Assembly: GCA_016906335.1 (NCBI GenBank)
Contig: JADEYG010000015.1
Coordinates: 310,001-374,000, forward strand
Origin: Novakomyces olei
Taxonomy: Eukaryota
Direction of reading: 5' to 3'
Length of the DNA: 64,000 nt
Shown one piece after another: positions 22,685 to 37,055 of the stretch. Position 1 is the stretch's first letter, and every line of letters starts with the position of its first letter. The translations under genes and the position numbers were made by a program. Below the pieces are notes generated by a model. The model did no database searches, was not told the origin of the DNA, and saw only the letters and a program-made list of their open reading frames with translations.

Positions 22685-23457
22685 ATGAGCGAATTGCGTC
22701 GGTTTCGAGCGACAGATTTGTTCAATTTCAATAATGTGTAAGTCTTGTATAAGCTTAAATTAACTTTGCACAGGAACCTCGATCATCTCACAGAAACTTA
22801 TCATATCTCGTTCTATCTTTCATACTTGGCGCGATGGCCTGATCTGTTTTGTGTGCAGGAATCTGTTGGCAGCCGCGGCCATAAACGGTTGATGGGATAT
22901 TGTAAGCTCTCGTTCTCTACAAACTTTGAGCGATTATTTTTATCCTGATAAACATTTGAACTGGTCGTTTATTTGGTTCAATTCCGTGTTTTACTATCAC
23001 TTATCCATTTATAGTGTTTTCGAGCTTGTGCTAATGCAACAGTCATGGGCAAGACTGAAGGCCGGGGTACAGACTGGCATGGACATGTGACAGCAATAAC
23101 AGTTGCACCAGAGTTTAGGCGGCTCGGACTTGCAAACGGCATGATGGCTCTTCTTGAGGGCGTATGTGAACGACGACATAATGCTTATTTCGTTGATTTG
23201 TTCGTGAGAGCAAGTAACAGTTTAGCAATTGGACTGTACAAGGCTCTGGGCTACTCTGTCTACCGGCGTGTTCTTGGGTACTATGGGAACGGAAGAGGCT
23301 CGGGCGAAGATGCTTTTGGTGAGATTTGCTTATTTATCTAATTGTCTCTAACTTTTAAGATATGAGAAAAGCACTGGCACGAGACCGTGACAAGTCAAGT
23401 GTACGGGAGGATGGAGAATCGTACTGTATTACCCCGGAGCAAGCTGTTTTTCATTAG
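22685..23457 (+). CDS. NAT3: NatB N-terminal acetyltransferase catalytic subunit (4 exons)
   Basis: DLFNFNNVNLDHLTETY, WHGHVTAITVAPEFRRLGLA, FVDLFVRASN, EDAFDMRKAL. Introns 22738-22773, 22902-23042 and 23319-23359. Confidence 0.94.
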
Positions 23458-23699
23458 ATTTTGTAATGCTAGACTTGCATTGAAATATTTCTTTATTGTA
23501 CATAAGAAAAAACACTCCAATGCAGAGAAAAAGGATAATTTAATTAGTTTATTCCACCTTAACTAATCAAGTCTATTATTATTCATCATTTTTTTTTGTC
23601 ATATTCAAGGCAAGTTTACAATTCTTTTGTGGTTAATTGCAGCCTTTTTTAATTTGAATATTCATTACATTCAATCGATTCATCAAAAGTCGATAGCCA

Positions 23700-25911
23700 T
23701 CATATGTACCGCGTCTCAAGTATCGTGGAATCTGTCATAATATAGCGTTAGAAAGGAGCTCTGTGTTATATTTGTCGCCATTTTTTGTTTCGTCGGATGG
23801 AGATAAGACACCATTCCTTGAAATTTTGAACGTCGTTATACGAGCATCAAAAGTCATAATCTAGGGTTAGTTCCCTAAAGAAATGAAGATGAAAGGAAGC
23901 TCAAACGAATCATTTTCTGGGCTCGAGAGAGCTCAGTACTAATACATTTCTAATACAAAGTGGACAAGACAAAGTATTAAAAAGTACCAAAACGAATAAT
24001 ACTACAACGACTTACCACAAGAAAGAACAGTTTCTGCTCGCTGCCTTCTATAGTTCTCCGTAAAACTGTCAAACTTTAATGTCAATATATAGATCAGCAA
24101 ACGACCTACCCAACAATCTCGCCAGAATTTGGTCCTTCAATAACGTCACCAGGAACAAGACTGAGCCTCTCTAAATCCTCTTGCTGGCCACATGTCTGCT
24201 GCGCCATGCTTTCACGAACCAAAACCAAAGCCCCAACTTGGCCAGATTGAGTTGCGCATATAACAAGAGACAGTTCTGGTATGTACTTTTCGTAAGCACC
24301 GATTAAAAAAATAGGAGTATTTAAACTTATCAAACAGAAAAAAATATTAAAAAATATTAAATTAAAATTAAATTAAACAAATTATTGAAAAAGAACGTTT
24401 CAAATACCTCTAGCATATTTATACGGTCGAATCCTAAATGGATCCTTGAAACAAACAAATTGCCTTGAATCGCACATAGCTCCAATTGCCCATCAATTGT
24501 AAGACATATTAAGCTAAGACGGTGCTCAGTAGCCAGCATGAACAGTTGTGCACATTGTTGGGATCGAAAAGCGGAAATCTCAGACATATCTGGCCACATG
24601 TGCAATAATGCTGCTTGTTCTCTCAACTCACGAGGAGATAATGAATCTGCACCAAACTGGCCTCCTCGTCGCTCAAAATCCCGATAGTCAACGGCAGCAA
24701 TTGCCCAACCGTCCTCCAATGCCTGTTGCCGGGCAACCAAAAGACCCGCATCTATATCATATACACAAAAGTATCCGGAAATTTGGGCGGCTGCAATAAA
24801 GTGGCCGTCATGGCTGAAGGCTACAGATGGAATATTCGAGTCTAAACCCTGTCCACTGATTTCAAGCTCTTGAACTTGACCGCTGCTCGATGGCTGAGCC
24901 CATGGGTGGTCGTTGCGGAAGGCAGCAATGGTGCTCATCGAATATCTCATTTATGTTAGATAAATATACTTGCTCGGTGTAAAGAAAGCGTGAACCCTAA
25001 GCCAACGTGTCGCAAACATAAGAAAAGAAGCAATTACAAATGACGGTGACAAAACAAAAAAACAAAAAAATTAAAAAAAATTAAAAAAAATACAATATTT
25101 AATATTTAGAATTAATAAATAATAAATAGTAAATAATAATTAAAATTAAACGCAAAAATTAAATTTAAAACTAGCATCTAGAAAAATGATGAAACAAAAG
25201 CCAAATCAGCAGGAATCCAAATAGATTGAATGATCACGCACGGCATCTATACGAACCCGTATAAACCTAGACAAACCCTGTTTCTTACATTTGTATTGTA
25301 TGGGCATTGCAAGAAACGGCTAGTAGTCTTCGTTCTGCATTTAGATCGATACCCCAAGCACTGCGCTTACAGCGTAATGTGAAAGCAATCCGGGGTAAAG
25401 GATCAAGGTAATAGCAACTAACAATCCCGTTATCTCGGGCAGCTACTAGAACATCCATATTTGCAAGTCTTCCGCTACGAAGATGATTAATACTAGCCGG
25501 CCGTTGCGGATTAATGTGACCCGGAGCGCCTGGTACCTCGTCAGAATACTCCACTGAATCCAAAACAGCAGCCGGCTCAGTGTCAATTGCCGGAAGAGCT
25601 CGCAGGGCTTGCACAATTTCTAGGATAAGCACTCTAAAAACATATAGTTACCACTTGAGGCTGAACGGGGCAAATTAGGTTAGAATTTAAACACAATTAA
25701 ATTCCGCTTGTTACCGATGTAAAAGACGCTACTGTTGCAAGGACCACAGGCAACTAGATTGTTCCGCCATGGCTGCAAATCTGGTGAGCTCACGCGCTGC
25801 TCTGAGACAAGAACAGCCTACCAAAATAAGCATTTATTTGAATGATTAAATTTCGCGTACTGAGCTTAATTGCCGTGACCACGGCTCCACGCTCCGGCGC
25901 CGAGAGAGCAT
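23700..25911 (-). CDS. CRT10: Crt10-family beta-propeller protein (multi-exon)
   Basis: WRNNL, SINHL, SAWGIDL..RLLAVSCNAH, NIPSVAF, DRINMLE/YIPELSLV are Crt10-like blocks. Exons were assembled by eye and the 3' exons are less certain. Confidence 0.75.
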
Positions 25912-26418
25912 GAGAATCCCGACTAAAAAAGACCTGTCCGTCGTTCATGTCAACTGTACACATTCAGTTGCTGAGATGATATCATAGAAGCACAGTGCAT
26001 TATATTAGGGTTTGTTAGGGTTTGCATGTTATAGAGTTCATCTATTAGCTGTAACACTCGCCGATTGGAAAGACACGACTTGGATTTCCCCATATTAAAA
26101 ATAGCAAAGTATGGTTAAACGTACGATAGATTAGCTCGCAGGATAGGATTGAGAATAATGAACGCGCGTCCTCGCAAAGGCAGTTGCTGATGATAGAAGG
26201 CAAAGCCATAATCAGGATTATACAAATAATAAATGCCATAAACAATTGCTTTCTTGGTCTATCTTGAGTTGGCCGTACAGCCAGATCTCTGAGCAGACGC
26301 CATATTGTAAATTGCAGTAACCGACTTGCAATATCCCAACTTTTTGTGACGAGAAACCACAAACGAAACCCAGAAAGACTATGGAATAAAAGTAAATAAA
26401 TATACTAAAATACCGGTA

Positions 26419-28975
26419 ATGGCGGGAGCGCCGGTCGCGGCAGATCGACCGCAATTCCGGCACCGACTGGTAGAGCCGGCTCTGCCTGCAGTACGTCACT
26501 CTTATAAACATTTGTGCTGATAAAACCGCGTAGCGAATACCGCTTGATCCAGGCACGGAAGACGAGAGTCTTTTGGCGGCAATTGATGAGGTTTTTGACG
26601 TGGAAGATGCCGAGTTTCTACAGGCAGCGGAGCAAGCATTCGTGGATCTCAATCTCGAACGAGAACCTATTGAGTTCTTGCTGACTCTCATCGATACGGA
26701 ACAAGGACTGCTAGCGCTTGCTTACTGCAGTCTAGGCCAGTATTCTACTTGTTTAAACACGGAAGAACAGTGTGATCGAAGCTTAGAGGCAAACCTAAGC
26801 TTGCTAAGATCGGGAGCCTTTGAATTGTTAGCGGAGCCATTGTATAATGGTAACACTGGGACAAATATTTCTGGGCTTCGGGTCAAGTTGCTGGTGGTGA
26901 TGCTGGAAGCTTGGCGGAGAGCTAAGCTACAAGATCGTGCCAAAAGTATGATGCTCTCTCTAAAGACGTGTTTATATGATAAATAACATTTTTCTTTTTT
27001 ATTTTAATAATTGCAGATTAACCGATTGATTGATTGATTGATTGATTTGCTTTCTTTTTCTTTATGTCCATGTTTAACTTTATTTAATTGTTCCTCCATC
27101 TGAATTCGTCGAATCGAAATTAAAGTTTAGCCCATTTACCAGATGAACGATTGATTACGTGTTGCATTCGGCTAATTGCCGCCCAATCTCAATCTACTGA
27201 CTTCACTACAATGGTATGAAAATGCAACATGTGGCATACAATTTCCTACAATTTCTAATAATCTACAGATTGTCCGACTACTCTGTTCGTCTATCCTCAT
27301 ATTCTGGGGCGACGCTGCTCAAGCACGTGCAGTCAAAGCCAACTTTCCCCAACAGCCCGCAGAAAACTTGAAAAAGTCTCTACATGACTGTGAAGTGTTT
27401 GAAGAACAAGTGCGAACCAAATACCCCGGGTACCGACTCACCAAATCTGGGCAGGATAAAGACGACATTGTCCAGCTCACAGAGGCACTTTTAATTTCCG
27501 AAATTGGACCTGTGAATGCTGTTGAATGCACGGATCCAAGCAGCTTCAACTACTCTACAACTCCAGCACCTTCTCCGCCTTTAGCTCCTACGTTTTCTCG
27601 TCCCCAGCAACGCAGATTGCAAGATTCTGAAGACGGATCTTTTCCCTTCCGCCTCCCCTTGGCAGCAGATGGAGACTTGCAACTTCCGCAAGCAGTATTA
27701 GAGGCCCAGGATCTTTTTCGTCTTTCCTTACAAGAGGCTCCGTACACGGAGCAGCAGCTCGCCTTTGAGCGATTGCTCTTAACCGCCCCCAGTGAAAAGC
27801 GGACGTTTTTAATAGATAAACAGCTGACGACTGAAGGCGATTTGCCTTCAAGTGTTCATCGTGTTTATTCCGCTATTCTCCCACAAATGACTGCGCTCGC
27901 AGAATCGCTCGTTCATCACGTACTGACCCTAGATCGGCTCGGCGGCGTCGGGCAAGGCGTCGGGCCGATCGGAGATACAGAAACGCGACCGAGGTTGGGC
28001 GTTTACGCGGGTGAAAAGGCCGTAAAAACTGCTACACATGTAATGCTTCTGTTATGGAAATGGTTTCATGTCTCACACGAGCTCAAGGCTGAAACGTTTG
28101 CAACAAAACTACTGGACTCTGGTCTATTAGTGGCTTTTACAAAACTGCTCGGCTCACCTAGTGCAGTCTGTGAGCCCCTCAAGCAAAATGCTGGCTCCAT
28201 TGTGGCCTCTAGTCTAATGAAAACGTTTTACGGCAAGAGGCAGAGATCTTTTAATTTTCCTTCTTCTTCTTTCACACCTTCTTGCGATCAAAAAGTACCC
28301 CATCAAACCCAAGATAAACACAAAAAAGAATCGCAAAATAAAGCAGGTGACCAAGAAGAAGAATCATGTAAAAAAGAGCAAGGCGAAAGCCGTAGTCAAG
28401 AACATGGCCTTTCCACAACAAGATCAGAATCGTCAGAGATTGGCACAGCTGCAGGAGAATCTGTGTCTTTAACAAGTGTGTATGCAATGCTGAACTTGTT
28501 GTGTTTGACACTTAAAACAGTAAGGAAGAAACCTCAAAGGCTTGTGCTTTTGATACAGCTAAAAGGCCTTGTAACACTGAAACGCTGCCTCCGAGTTCCG
28601 TACGAAGCAGTGGAGCAATACGTATTAAAACTTTACAAAGGGATGATTCCTCTGTGCGGGCGTAAATGGAGGCAAAATAACATGAGAATAATAACATCAG
28701 TATACTTGAAGTGTAAGAATCCTTATCTCCGTGACGATTGGATTCATGGACTCGATTGTGACGTTGATATGGAAGCAGCAGCCGCTCAAGAGACACAGTT
28801 ACGCAATCTTTGTGACAATTACAATAGACGCCTTGCTATTGTTGAAGGCAAGGGTAAGAATATTTTTGAAAATAACAATGAGAATGAAGAAAGCGCTGGG
28901 AATGATGAAGGTGATTTTTTCAGTGAGGAAGTATACGCGTACAATCAGCATCGACGCTCGTCCATAAGGATATGA
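26419..28975 (+). CDS. FAR11: STRIPAK component Far11/STRIP (N1221 + DUF3402; 4 exons)
   Basis: LLLWKWFHVSHELKAE, YVLKLYKGMIPLCGRKWRQNNMRIITSVYL, LRDDW. Introns 26491-26533, 26946-27130 and 27213-27268 keep the frame, using an 82-nt internal exon. Confidence 0.88.
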
Positions 28976-29162
28976 TGTAAATAACAAATAATGAATATAT
29001 AGATCCATCCATTGATCCTCAATTTCGTAAATATGTAGTTGATTTATTTGCATTCAGATATATATCATAATTAAATAATTAAATTATATATAATGCAATG
29101 AACTTTTAGATCTATTACAGATTATCATCCAATTTAGAAAACCGTACAAACGCCCCTTATGC

Positions 29163-30254
29163 TTAATCATTCAAAACAGGTTCCTCTGGCCGTCCCTGCT
29201 TCGACCGTGTTGGCCAAAAACTTGGAAGGTCAATTTTCTGAAATTGCGGTTCGACACATCGCTCAACGAACCAGGTCCTTAAACGTGCCTCAATTAGTTG
29301 AGAAATTTTTGGAATATTTTGCAATCGTGATCGTGCCCCTACAAGCGATCTTACAGCTAATTCTAATCGAAAGTCAGAGGCAAAATTAAACGTTAATGTT
29401 GTAGTGGACCCGTTCCCGTTCCCGTTTCGATCCGAGCTGTTTTCGCCATTCCCATTATTTTGTTCATTTTCATGCTCCTGATCCCGCTCTGCCTCACCCG
29501 TCTGATTACTAGGAGTGAGGGAAATGAAAAGTGTACCGGAGAACCGGACGACCGAGACACTGAGCCCTACCGGTAAAACTGCAAACGCAGGCTGAGGGTA
29601 ATTTAATATTATTTTTGTTTCCAAGGCAAGTGTAATACTGTCCGTCAAGTCAACGTCCATGCGAGCCTGTAAGCGTGAAGGCTCATCTTCACAAGGACAT
29701 ATTTTACAATTCGAAAATATGGGAAACTCTTCGCCAAGGTGAATATTGGTAATAGTTATCTCGTCCAGCATAGACGGACGAAGGGGCCCGTTTAGCACTG
29801 ATTCCAAACGCGTTAGAATCGCATCGTTTGATCTTATATCTTCGCGAAATTGAGAAAGCGCTTGAGCCACGAGGACATTGAACCAATCCAGACTTTCGGG
29901 CTGATGTGAATTGACATTATAAAACGTTTTAGAAAGTAGAGTTGTCGTAGCTAAATGCGGAAGAGGCCGAAGCACAGAAGACCGTTTGCGTCTTAATGTT
30001 CTTTGTAAAAAGCCGTCACGCTGATCTTCAGAGACAGCACTGCTATGAAAGGGCCAAGTGCTTGCTCCGCCTGCTGGATCAGAGGCCTCACCGAATATAA
30101 AGAATCGTAAAAACACAATTAAAATTACAAGCATGCCGAGCTGCCCAGCAACGACGCCTTGAGCAAACGTCCATTGAGACGAGGCATTTGTGATTGCCGT
30201 TTGAGTGTTTGGGACATTTGGCGGCTCAGGCGGCCAAGGCATCGCTGCCTGCAT
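29163..30254 (-). CDS. MMM1: ERMES complex SMP-domain protein Mmm1
   Basis: WTFAQGVVAGQL TM, HQPESLDWFNVLVAQ, LGEEFPIFSNC, SLVGARSRLQNIPKI, LPSFWP. True start inferred at MQAAMP, downstream of the microsatellite. Confidence 0.95.
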   Translation of the reverse strand: MQAAMPWPPEPPNVPNTQTAITNASSQWTFAQGVVAGQLGMLVILIVFLRFFIFGEASDPAGGASTWPFHSSAVSEDQRDGFLQRTLRRKRSSVLRPLPHLATTTLLSKTFYNVNSHQPESLDWFNVLVAQALSQFREDIRSNDAILTRLESVLNGPLRPSMLDEITITNIHLGEEFPIFSNCKICPCEDEPSRLQARMDVDLTDSITLALETKIILNYPQPAFAVLPVGLSVSVVRFSGTLFISLTPSNQTGEAERDQEHENEQNNGNGENSSDRNGNGNGSTTTLTFNFASDFRLELAVRSLVGARSRLQNIPKISQLIEARLRTWFVERCVEPQFQKIDLPSFWPTRSKQGRPEEPVLND

Positions 30255-30271
30255 TGCTCGCGATGATGATG

Positions 30272-30507
<236 letters not shown>

Positions 30508-30552
30508 TGGTAATATATACCGGCCGACCTGGAATCCAAAATTTTACACAAT

Positions 30553-30801
30553 ATGGAGTTTTCAGAAGAGACCAAGGTAAGCCTTTAAATTGTCTATCTA
30601 CAGCTCACTAAACATGCAGGAACGCATTTCGCGTGTTATTGAGCTGAGCAAGTTAACTCTGCATTACGGCTGGATCCCCTTGATCCTATACTTGGGTAAG
30701 CTCAATTTTAATATGTGGAACAGGACTAATACTTCGAACTAGGCTATTCTCGCACGGATCCGAAGCCACAGTTACTGCGTCTAGTGTCGCCGTTGGCCTA
30801 A
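30553..30801 (+). CDS. TOM7: Mitochondrial import receptor subunit Tom7 (3 exons, 52 aa; absent from the ORF track)
   Basis: Exons 30553-30576, 30620-30695 and 30743-30801 translate to [52 protein letters not shown], with the Tom7 signature [12 protein letters not shown]. Both introns are GTAAGC..YAG. Confidence 0.95.
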
Positions 30802-31312
30802 AACCACACTGGTGTGCCGTTTAAATATGCTCCGTTGACACTGGGCGGAGAAACACTTTTCATGATTCTTCTAATTTAATTTATCCTGCTCTCTTATCGT
30901 CATAAATGTATATTTAATTACAAGTTCAGTATGATTGTAATACTCAAACCGAATTGGTTTCCAAATTTACGATGCATGTTTCAAAAACAGTGTAAATATC
31001 GGTCTTGCACTGTTCCATTAGTCGCGGCCTTTGAGCGATGACACATTCAGCCTATACAATACTCGCACTATTCGCTAAAGAAGGACATACTTTATACCAT
31101 ACATTATTCCCTATACATTATTCTATAATAGTGCCATAAACATTATTCATAATTAATTCATATACATTCCACGTATAGTGAGCGATAGAAGAGCCATTAA
31201 TCAATTAATTGACAAAAAAAAATAATTAATATCTATCGGCGCCAGTCGTAGATTATTAAACGGACCGGCGCTCTATTATCGTAGATGAACCAGCCAAAAT
31301 CGTAACGCCTGT

Positions 31313-32528
31313 ATGGCGTCAGTTTATTCTCACACTGCAGCTGGTCTGCTGGCCGGCACCGTGTCTATAATATGGTACTACAAGTCTAAATGGCCTCACT
31401 GATCTCAGCGTACACCCGCTTGACTTGGTAAAGACGCGAATGCAAGTGCAAACGGGCCCGAACCGAGTGTCTTCCTGGCAGATGCTCCGTCATATCGCTC
31501 AGCATGAAGGGGTACGCGGCCTTTACCGGGGCTGTGCTATTAATATTGCTGGTGGCGGTATAAGCTGGGGAGTGTATTTTGGCATGTGAGTACCACTCTG
31601 TTTTATTATTGTCGGACATTGTTTTGCCCTTCTAACAGATTAGATACTCTCAAGCAAAGCGATATATTGCCGGCTTAGGAGGCGATGCAGATTGGCCTCT
31701 TTCGTCGTTTGGTTATTTGTCCTGTGCGGCCGTATCGGGTCTCGCAACGGCTTTGCTCACAAATCCTATATGGGTCGTAAAGACACGGGTTCTTGCCACT
31801 GATCGTGGTAAAGACGCTTATCGTGGATTTTTTGGTAAGCAAATGCGAAGCGCCTCCTCTATAGTTAATCATTAATTAATCTTGATTAATTAATCGCTCG
31901 AATTAATTGTTTATTTATTGTAATGTTTATTTAATATTGTATTTTGTTGTTTCTTGTGTCCACTTTTACATATCAATTTGGACTCTTTTCTAACAAAGGT
32001 TTCTTGATATTTCTAGACGGTGTGTCGCAAATTGCAAGAAAGGAAGGCATTCGTGGGTTTTATCGTGGACTCATCCCCTCTTTGTTTGGTGTTGCTCAGG
32101 GCTCAGTACAGTTTATGGCATATGAAAAGCTCAAGCTATTTATGCAAAAGGACGAATTTATCCCTTATTTGGTATGGTATCAATATAGATTTATACATGA
32201 TCATTTATTTATTATTATTATTATTATTTTGATGCGTTCTACTTATTTACTCTTACAGAGCAACACGCAATACCTTATTTGCTCAGCAACATCGAAGATA
32301 TTGGCCACCGCTATAACGTACCCTTACCAAACTTTAAGGTCTCGTGCACAGGTTTATACTGGTACAAATAAGGGACTCAGTATTCGGCAGACACTCAAGG
32401 ATCTCTCTCAAGAACCGCACGGGCTTTTCCGTAATTTGTATCGCGGCCTTGGGCCAAATCTCGTTCGGGTTGTGCCCCATACATGTGTTACGCTCCTTGT
32501 GTTTGAGAATGCCGTACGCATTTTATAA
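31313..32528 (+). CDS. FLX1: Mitochondrial carrier, FAD/folate (Flx1/SLC25A32-like; 5 exons)
   Basis: HPLDLVKTRMQ, TNPIWVVKTR, GLIPSLFGVAQGSVQFMAYEKLK, TYPYQTLRSRAQ. Introns 31375-31408, 31586-31643, 31835-32016 and 32172-32258. Confidence 0.85.
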
Positions 32529-33721
32529 AAGCAGCTTTTGTACCGGGTTTTGGAAAGAAGAAAAACACATAACGGAAAGGAAAACTGTGTCTAAAAATAA
32601 TGTAACTTTATTGAAAATTATTAGAAAGACAAATGACTATAGACAATCAAAATGGCATTTTTACACCTTACCTATTTAATACTATTTTTATTCATCTTTT
32701 TTATTGCGTATTTGCCTAGTTACGGTTCAGGGCGCGATCAATCCCCAGGTACTACAATATCTCTATTTCATATGTCTCGAATGATTATAGAGCTGTGATG
32801 TATTTAGATTAGCATAAATACTGATCCATATGACACAGCATCCAAGATTTGAATATTTGAGAACGAGTATCGATTATTAATGGACGCTAACTGAGACGTA
32901 AAAGCAAGCGGGCACAATATTGTACAATTAACAGGCAAAAAGAACTCGGAAATTCGAAAATCTTGATAGCGATAGTGATAATATTTGTTCTTTAATTACA
33001 GGGAAAAAAACACTGATTTAAAACTCAAATTGCCCATTGTAAAAAATAGTTTGTAAGCCTGTTGTACGCGAAATTCAAAATAAACTGGTGACCGACTTCC
33101 ATATTATATGGCAAAAAGAAGGCGATCAAAGATTGCAAGTATTTGACCAAACTGATAGCCCGTTGAAAGCAGCCTTTGCGATGTAGTTTTCTGAGACTTT
33201 TGGAACACTTTGCAGACTCAACTTTTGTAATATGTTTACTTCTCTTCACATTTTGTTATTTTAATTATTTTGTCTCTTTATCATTCTCTTTCAAAACTCT
33301 TTGGATATCAATTAGTGAAATATACTCTTCTCTTGAAATATTAGTAAAACAATTTTTAAAAGATAAAACAACTTTAGATTAATATTCTCGGCAGAAAATA
33401 TAAAAATTAAACATCATTGAAAAGCAGTGTCCTGAAACGTGTCCCAACCCTTTGTACTCATCTGCAAAGACCAGTACAAAGCTCCAATATGTCAAATACC
33501 TAGGGCTAATCCTGAGAGCATAAGACTATAATTCTCCAACACGCATGACTGTAGACAGATAGAGACAGTTAAATGTAAGCTAGTAATCGTAAATTTAGCG
33601 ACTAATCAAAGACTGGCCAAAGACTGGCCCAAGCTACCAAGACTAGCACCTGCAAAAGCCCGCTTACACGTTCTGTCTCTTGTTTTATTTTAATATTTAT
33701 TTTATTTGTTTGAGGAAGGTT

Positions 33722-35013
33722 TCACTTCCAATCACGAGATTCGTAGCTCCATATACGCGCACGCAAATCCCCGGAGCCCGTGGCAAAAAGCCTACCTGTC
33801 GGACTCAGGCTGACAGAGATAACGGAATTCTTATGGCCGTGCAGGACGAACTGGGTCTGTGCAGTTTTAGGGTCCCAAAACTGGACCCCTCTATCCTTGG
33901 ACCCAGATACAACCCAGCGTCCATCCGGGGAAAGACCTACAGAGAGCACAAAATCCTTGTGCCCATAAAACGTAGTACGGCAAATGCCTCTATGAGCAGA
34001 CGAGCCGGGAGCAGAAGCAGAGCCATTAGACCCCACTGCGCCCCTTTGCCGGGGCAGATTCAGGTCCCATAGCTTGATTGTCTTGTCGAGTGACCCACTC
34101 AGCAGTTCACGGCCATTAGGAGAGAAAGCAACCGAGTAAACAGAGTCACGGTGGCCTTCCAGCCGCTCAACAAGCTCCCCATTCATGCTCCATACACGTA
34201 CAACTTTGTCCAGTGATCCAGCGGCAACGTACTGCCCGTCTGGAGAGATGGCAATAGTAGTGACCCCATCTTCGATGGCCAGAGTGAGTATACACTGCTC
34301 CGTTTCCACGTCCCAAACCCGGGCAGTTCTGTCCCCCGAGCCAGAGGCAATGTACCGTCCATTGCGGGCATAGTCAAGGGAATAAATGTCCTGCTCATGA
34401 CCCACGAACAGGGAGCGAACACGCTTCTTTGCAATATCCCAGAGCCGGATCTGCCGGTCTTCCGCTCCAGTAGCCAGGTACTTTGAGTCCGGGGAGAAGG
34501 CCACTGATCTGACGTACAAGTCACCTTCTTGCTCAGAGGTGTCATCCTGCAGGGTCGTTATTCTGTGGCCAGTTTTAACGTCAAAGATCATGGCTGCCCT
34601 GTTGCACCCAGTGGCCACGTACTTGCCATCGTCTGAGAAACGGACGCAGCAGACTACAGAGCCATGCTCGAGCGTGTGAACGAGGTTGACGTCGAGTAAT
34701 CGCGGGACCGCCGGGTTGAAGACCACTGACCAGTCGGGGCCTTCTTTCCTATACTCGGGCGGAACTCGGTCCGGGTCAAGGTCGTTTGATGTTGCCAGCG
34801 TTCCCGCTGGCGGAGCGGTAGGGTTAGGGTTGGCAGCGTTTGTACTGGCAGCATTATTGCTGCTATTAAGCTGCGGAGGCTCGTTTTTAATAACAATTTC
34901 GCCCGGTCTCCCGGTGTACGGCTGGTCTGAAGGCTTGTGTGCCTCGTCTGTCCTTGCGCGTTTATTGCTTGAATGCAGCTGAGCGTCTTGGCCAGCGGAT
35001 GCTGGTTGCTGCT

Positions 35014-35044
<31 letters not shown>

Positions 35045-35821
35045 TTGCAAAACTTGCTGGTGAGATCCGTTGAGGTACCCGCCTTGAGGATTCGTATAAT
35101 AATTAGCTGAAGCATTGGCGGACGGCGTAGAGGACAAGAGGGAGGCCGATGGTGCAGCAGCTGGCTGAGGCGTGATTGCCATCTCCCTGCCGGTAGCCGG
35201 GATAGCAGTTCCTGTGCCAGGAGTGCCTGGAGCATGAATGGCTCCTGGCCCGCCTGAAGCAGGCGCAGGGTTATTGCCTGCTGCAGAGGTCATAATACCA
35301 CCAAAGAGATTATTCTGGCCGAGGCCGATTGAGGGCAGAGCAGGCTGCTGGGACTGTGCCTGGGACTGTGCCTGGGAATGTGCTTGAGGCTGTGGCTGCT
35401 GCGGGTTACCCGCACTCCCACCTGGTCCTGCACTGTTTGCGCCCCCACCGTAAGGACGGTGGTGCGGGGAACGGCCTACTCCTGCCGCCGCCACTGCAGC
35501 AGCAGCAGACTGCTGCTGCTGGTCTTTTATTTTGCCATAAGGATCACGAGCAGAATCGAGCTCTCGACGAAGCCGGGCAATTTCGTCCTCATAGTCCTGT
35601 TTGATACGACGGTGAGCCGCTTCGAGCTCGTAAACTGTCTTTTGTATATTTTGCATTTCCTGAATTTGGCTTGTGATCTTGTGCTCGTACTCGTCCTTGT
35701 GGATTTTGAACACGGAGGCTTCTTGAGATATACTGTCCACTTCCGATTTAACGGCCTCTAAAAGCTCTAGCAGACGCGGCGCGCCCGTGGCTGGGCCGGG
35801 CGCGCGGTACATGTTGGCCAT
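33722..35821 (-). CDS. TUP1: General transcriptional corepressor Tup1
   Basis: Tup_N coiled coil ([24 protein letters not shown]), Q-rich linker, seven WD40 repeats with [21 protein letters not shown] and [13 protein letters not shown]. Confidence 0.97.
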
Positions 35822-37055
35822 ACCTTTTGCGGGACTGCTTTATTCCCTGTGTGGCGTCAAACAAGCGGCGACAATGGGCAGAGCGTAGATGGATCAATAG
35901 ACAAAAGGCAGTACAGCCTGAGCAGCTCAAGTCGGATGAGCAATAGGCAAAAGCAAAAGTAAGCGCAGAGGCAGAGTCGAGGGCTGTCCGGTGCTTGTCG
36001 CGGGCTTGCGACGCAGAGACAGGCTTGGGCCAAAGCTAAAAGTGAGGCCAAGAGGGCAATAGAGAGTAAGGGAACAGCGATCAGAGAGACCTGCGAGCCA
36101 AACAAACTGGGCCAGAGCACAAAAGTGCACGAGAGCCAAGCCGGGTGGTCAGTAGAGCACTGCCAGTACCAAGACCGAGCCTTGGAGCAGTGGGAAGGGG
36201 GTAAGAAACGCACCGGGCGTCAAACAGCAAGAGCGGCCACTGCTTGATCCAAGCTTAGTTTGCCGCTGGAAAGAGTATTTAGGGTAAAGCTTCAATTGCG
36301 CACGCACAAGATCAATGCGCAGAGCGACACGTTACGCTATAGCACAAGCGCAACGCACGCTTGATCGCTTACACGGGTCGAGTCCGGGAAAGCGGCAATG
36401 CCTGGGCAAATGATCTAGAGCCTCATACAACGGCAATCATATAGAGTATAAAGGCGAAAAATCTGTGTATCACGAGCGTATTTTATGAATAAACAGAGGG
36501 GAGGCTACTGTGCTGCTTACAGTTGACCAAGTAAGATTAATGGTATTCAGCTAGAGGTGTATGTATATGTATTATTTGTGTGTATATAAATATTATATTT
36601 ATTTATTATTTATTATTTATTATTTATTATTTATTAATTAATTTATTAATTTTATATTTTAATATTTAATATTTTTATTTATATGTGTAGGTGAAGCATG
36701 TAGAACCGAGCGCCGGAATTCTCTTTTTATTCTTATTCTCACACTGATCGCTATTGACATTGACGGAAGCAGACGGTATCCGTGTACAAGATACTTACGA
36801 GCGTCAGGGTTTTTAAAATGTCATAATTTTGGGTTTCCTGTGTGTGCAAGTAAATGATTACGTAACCGGGATGGCTGCGTAGTACTGTAATTTTATACAC
36901 GACACAAGACGCGGGCGTGATCGCTTTCGATCATGTGGATGACATCAGCCAACGTCATGCATACGCACTTGATCAATGGCAAGAGTATAAATATGCGGCA
37001 TTTAACTGAAATTTTATTCTACATTATTCGACATCTCGTGCCGTAAGATTTCACA

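Noticed and set aside
32806..32840. U6-like words GATTAGCAT..ATGACAC (also AGAAGATTAG near 44730)
   Set aside because: The ACAGAGA box and the internal stem-loop are missing; likely chance matches.
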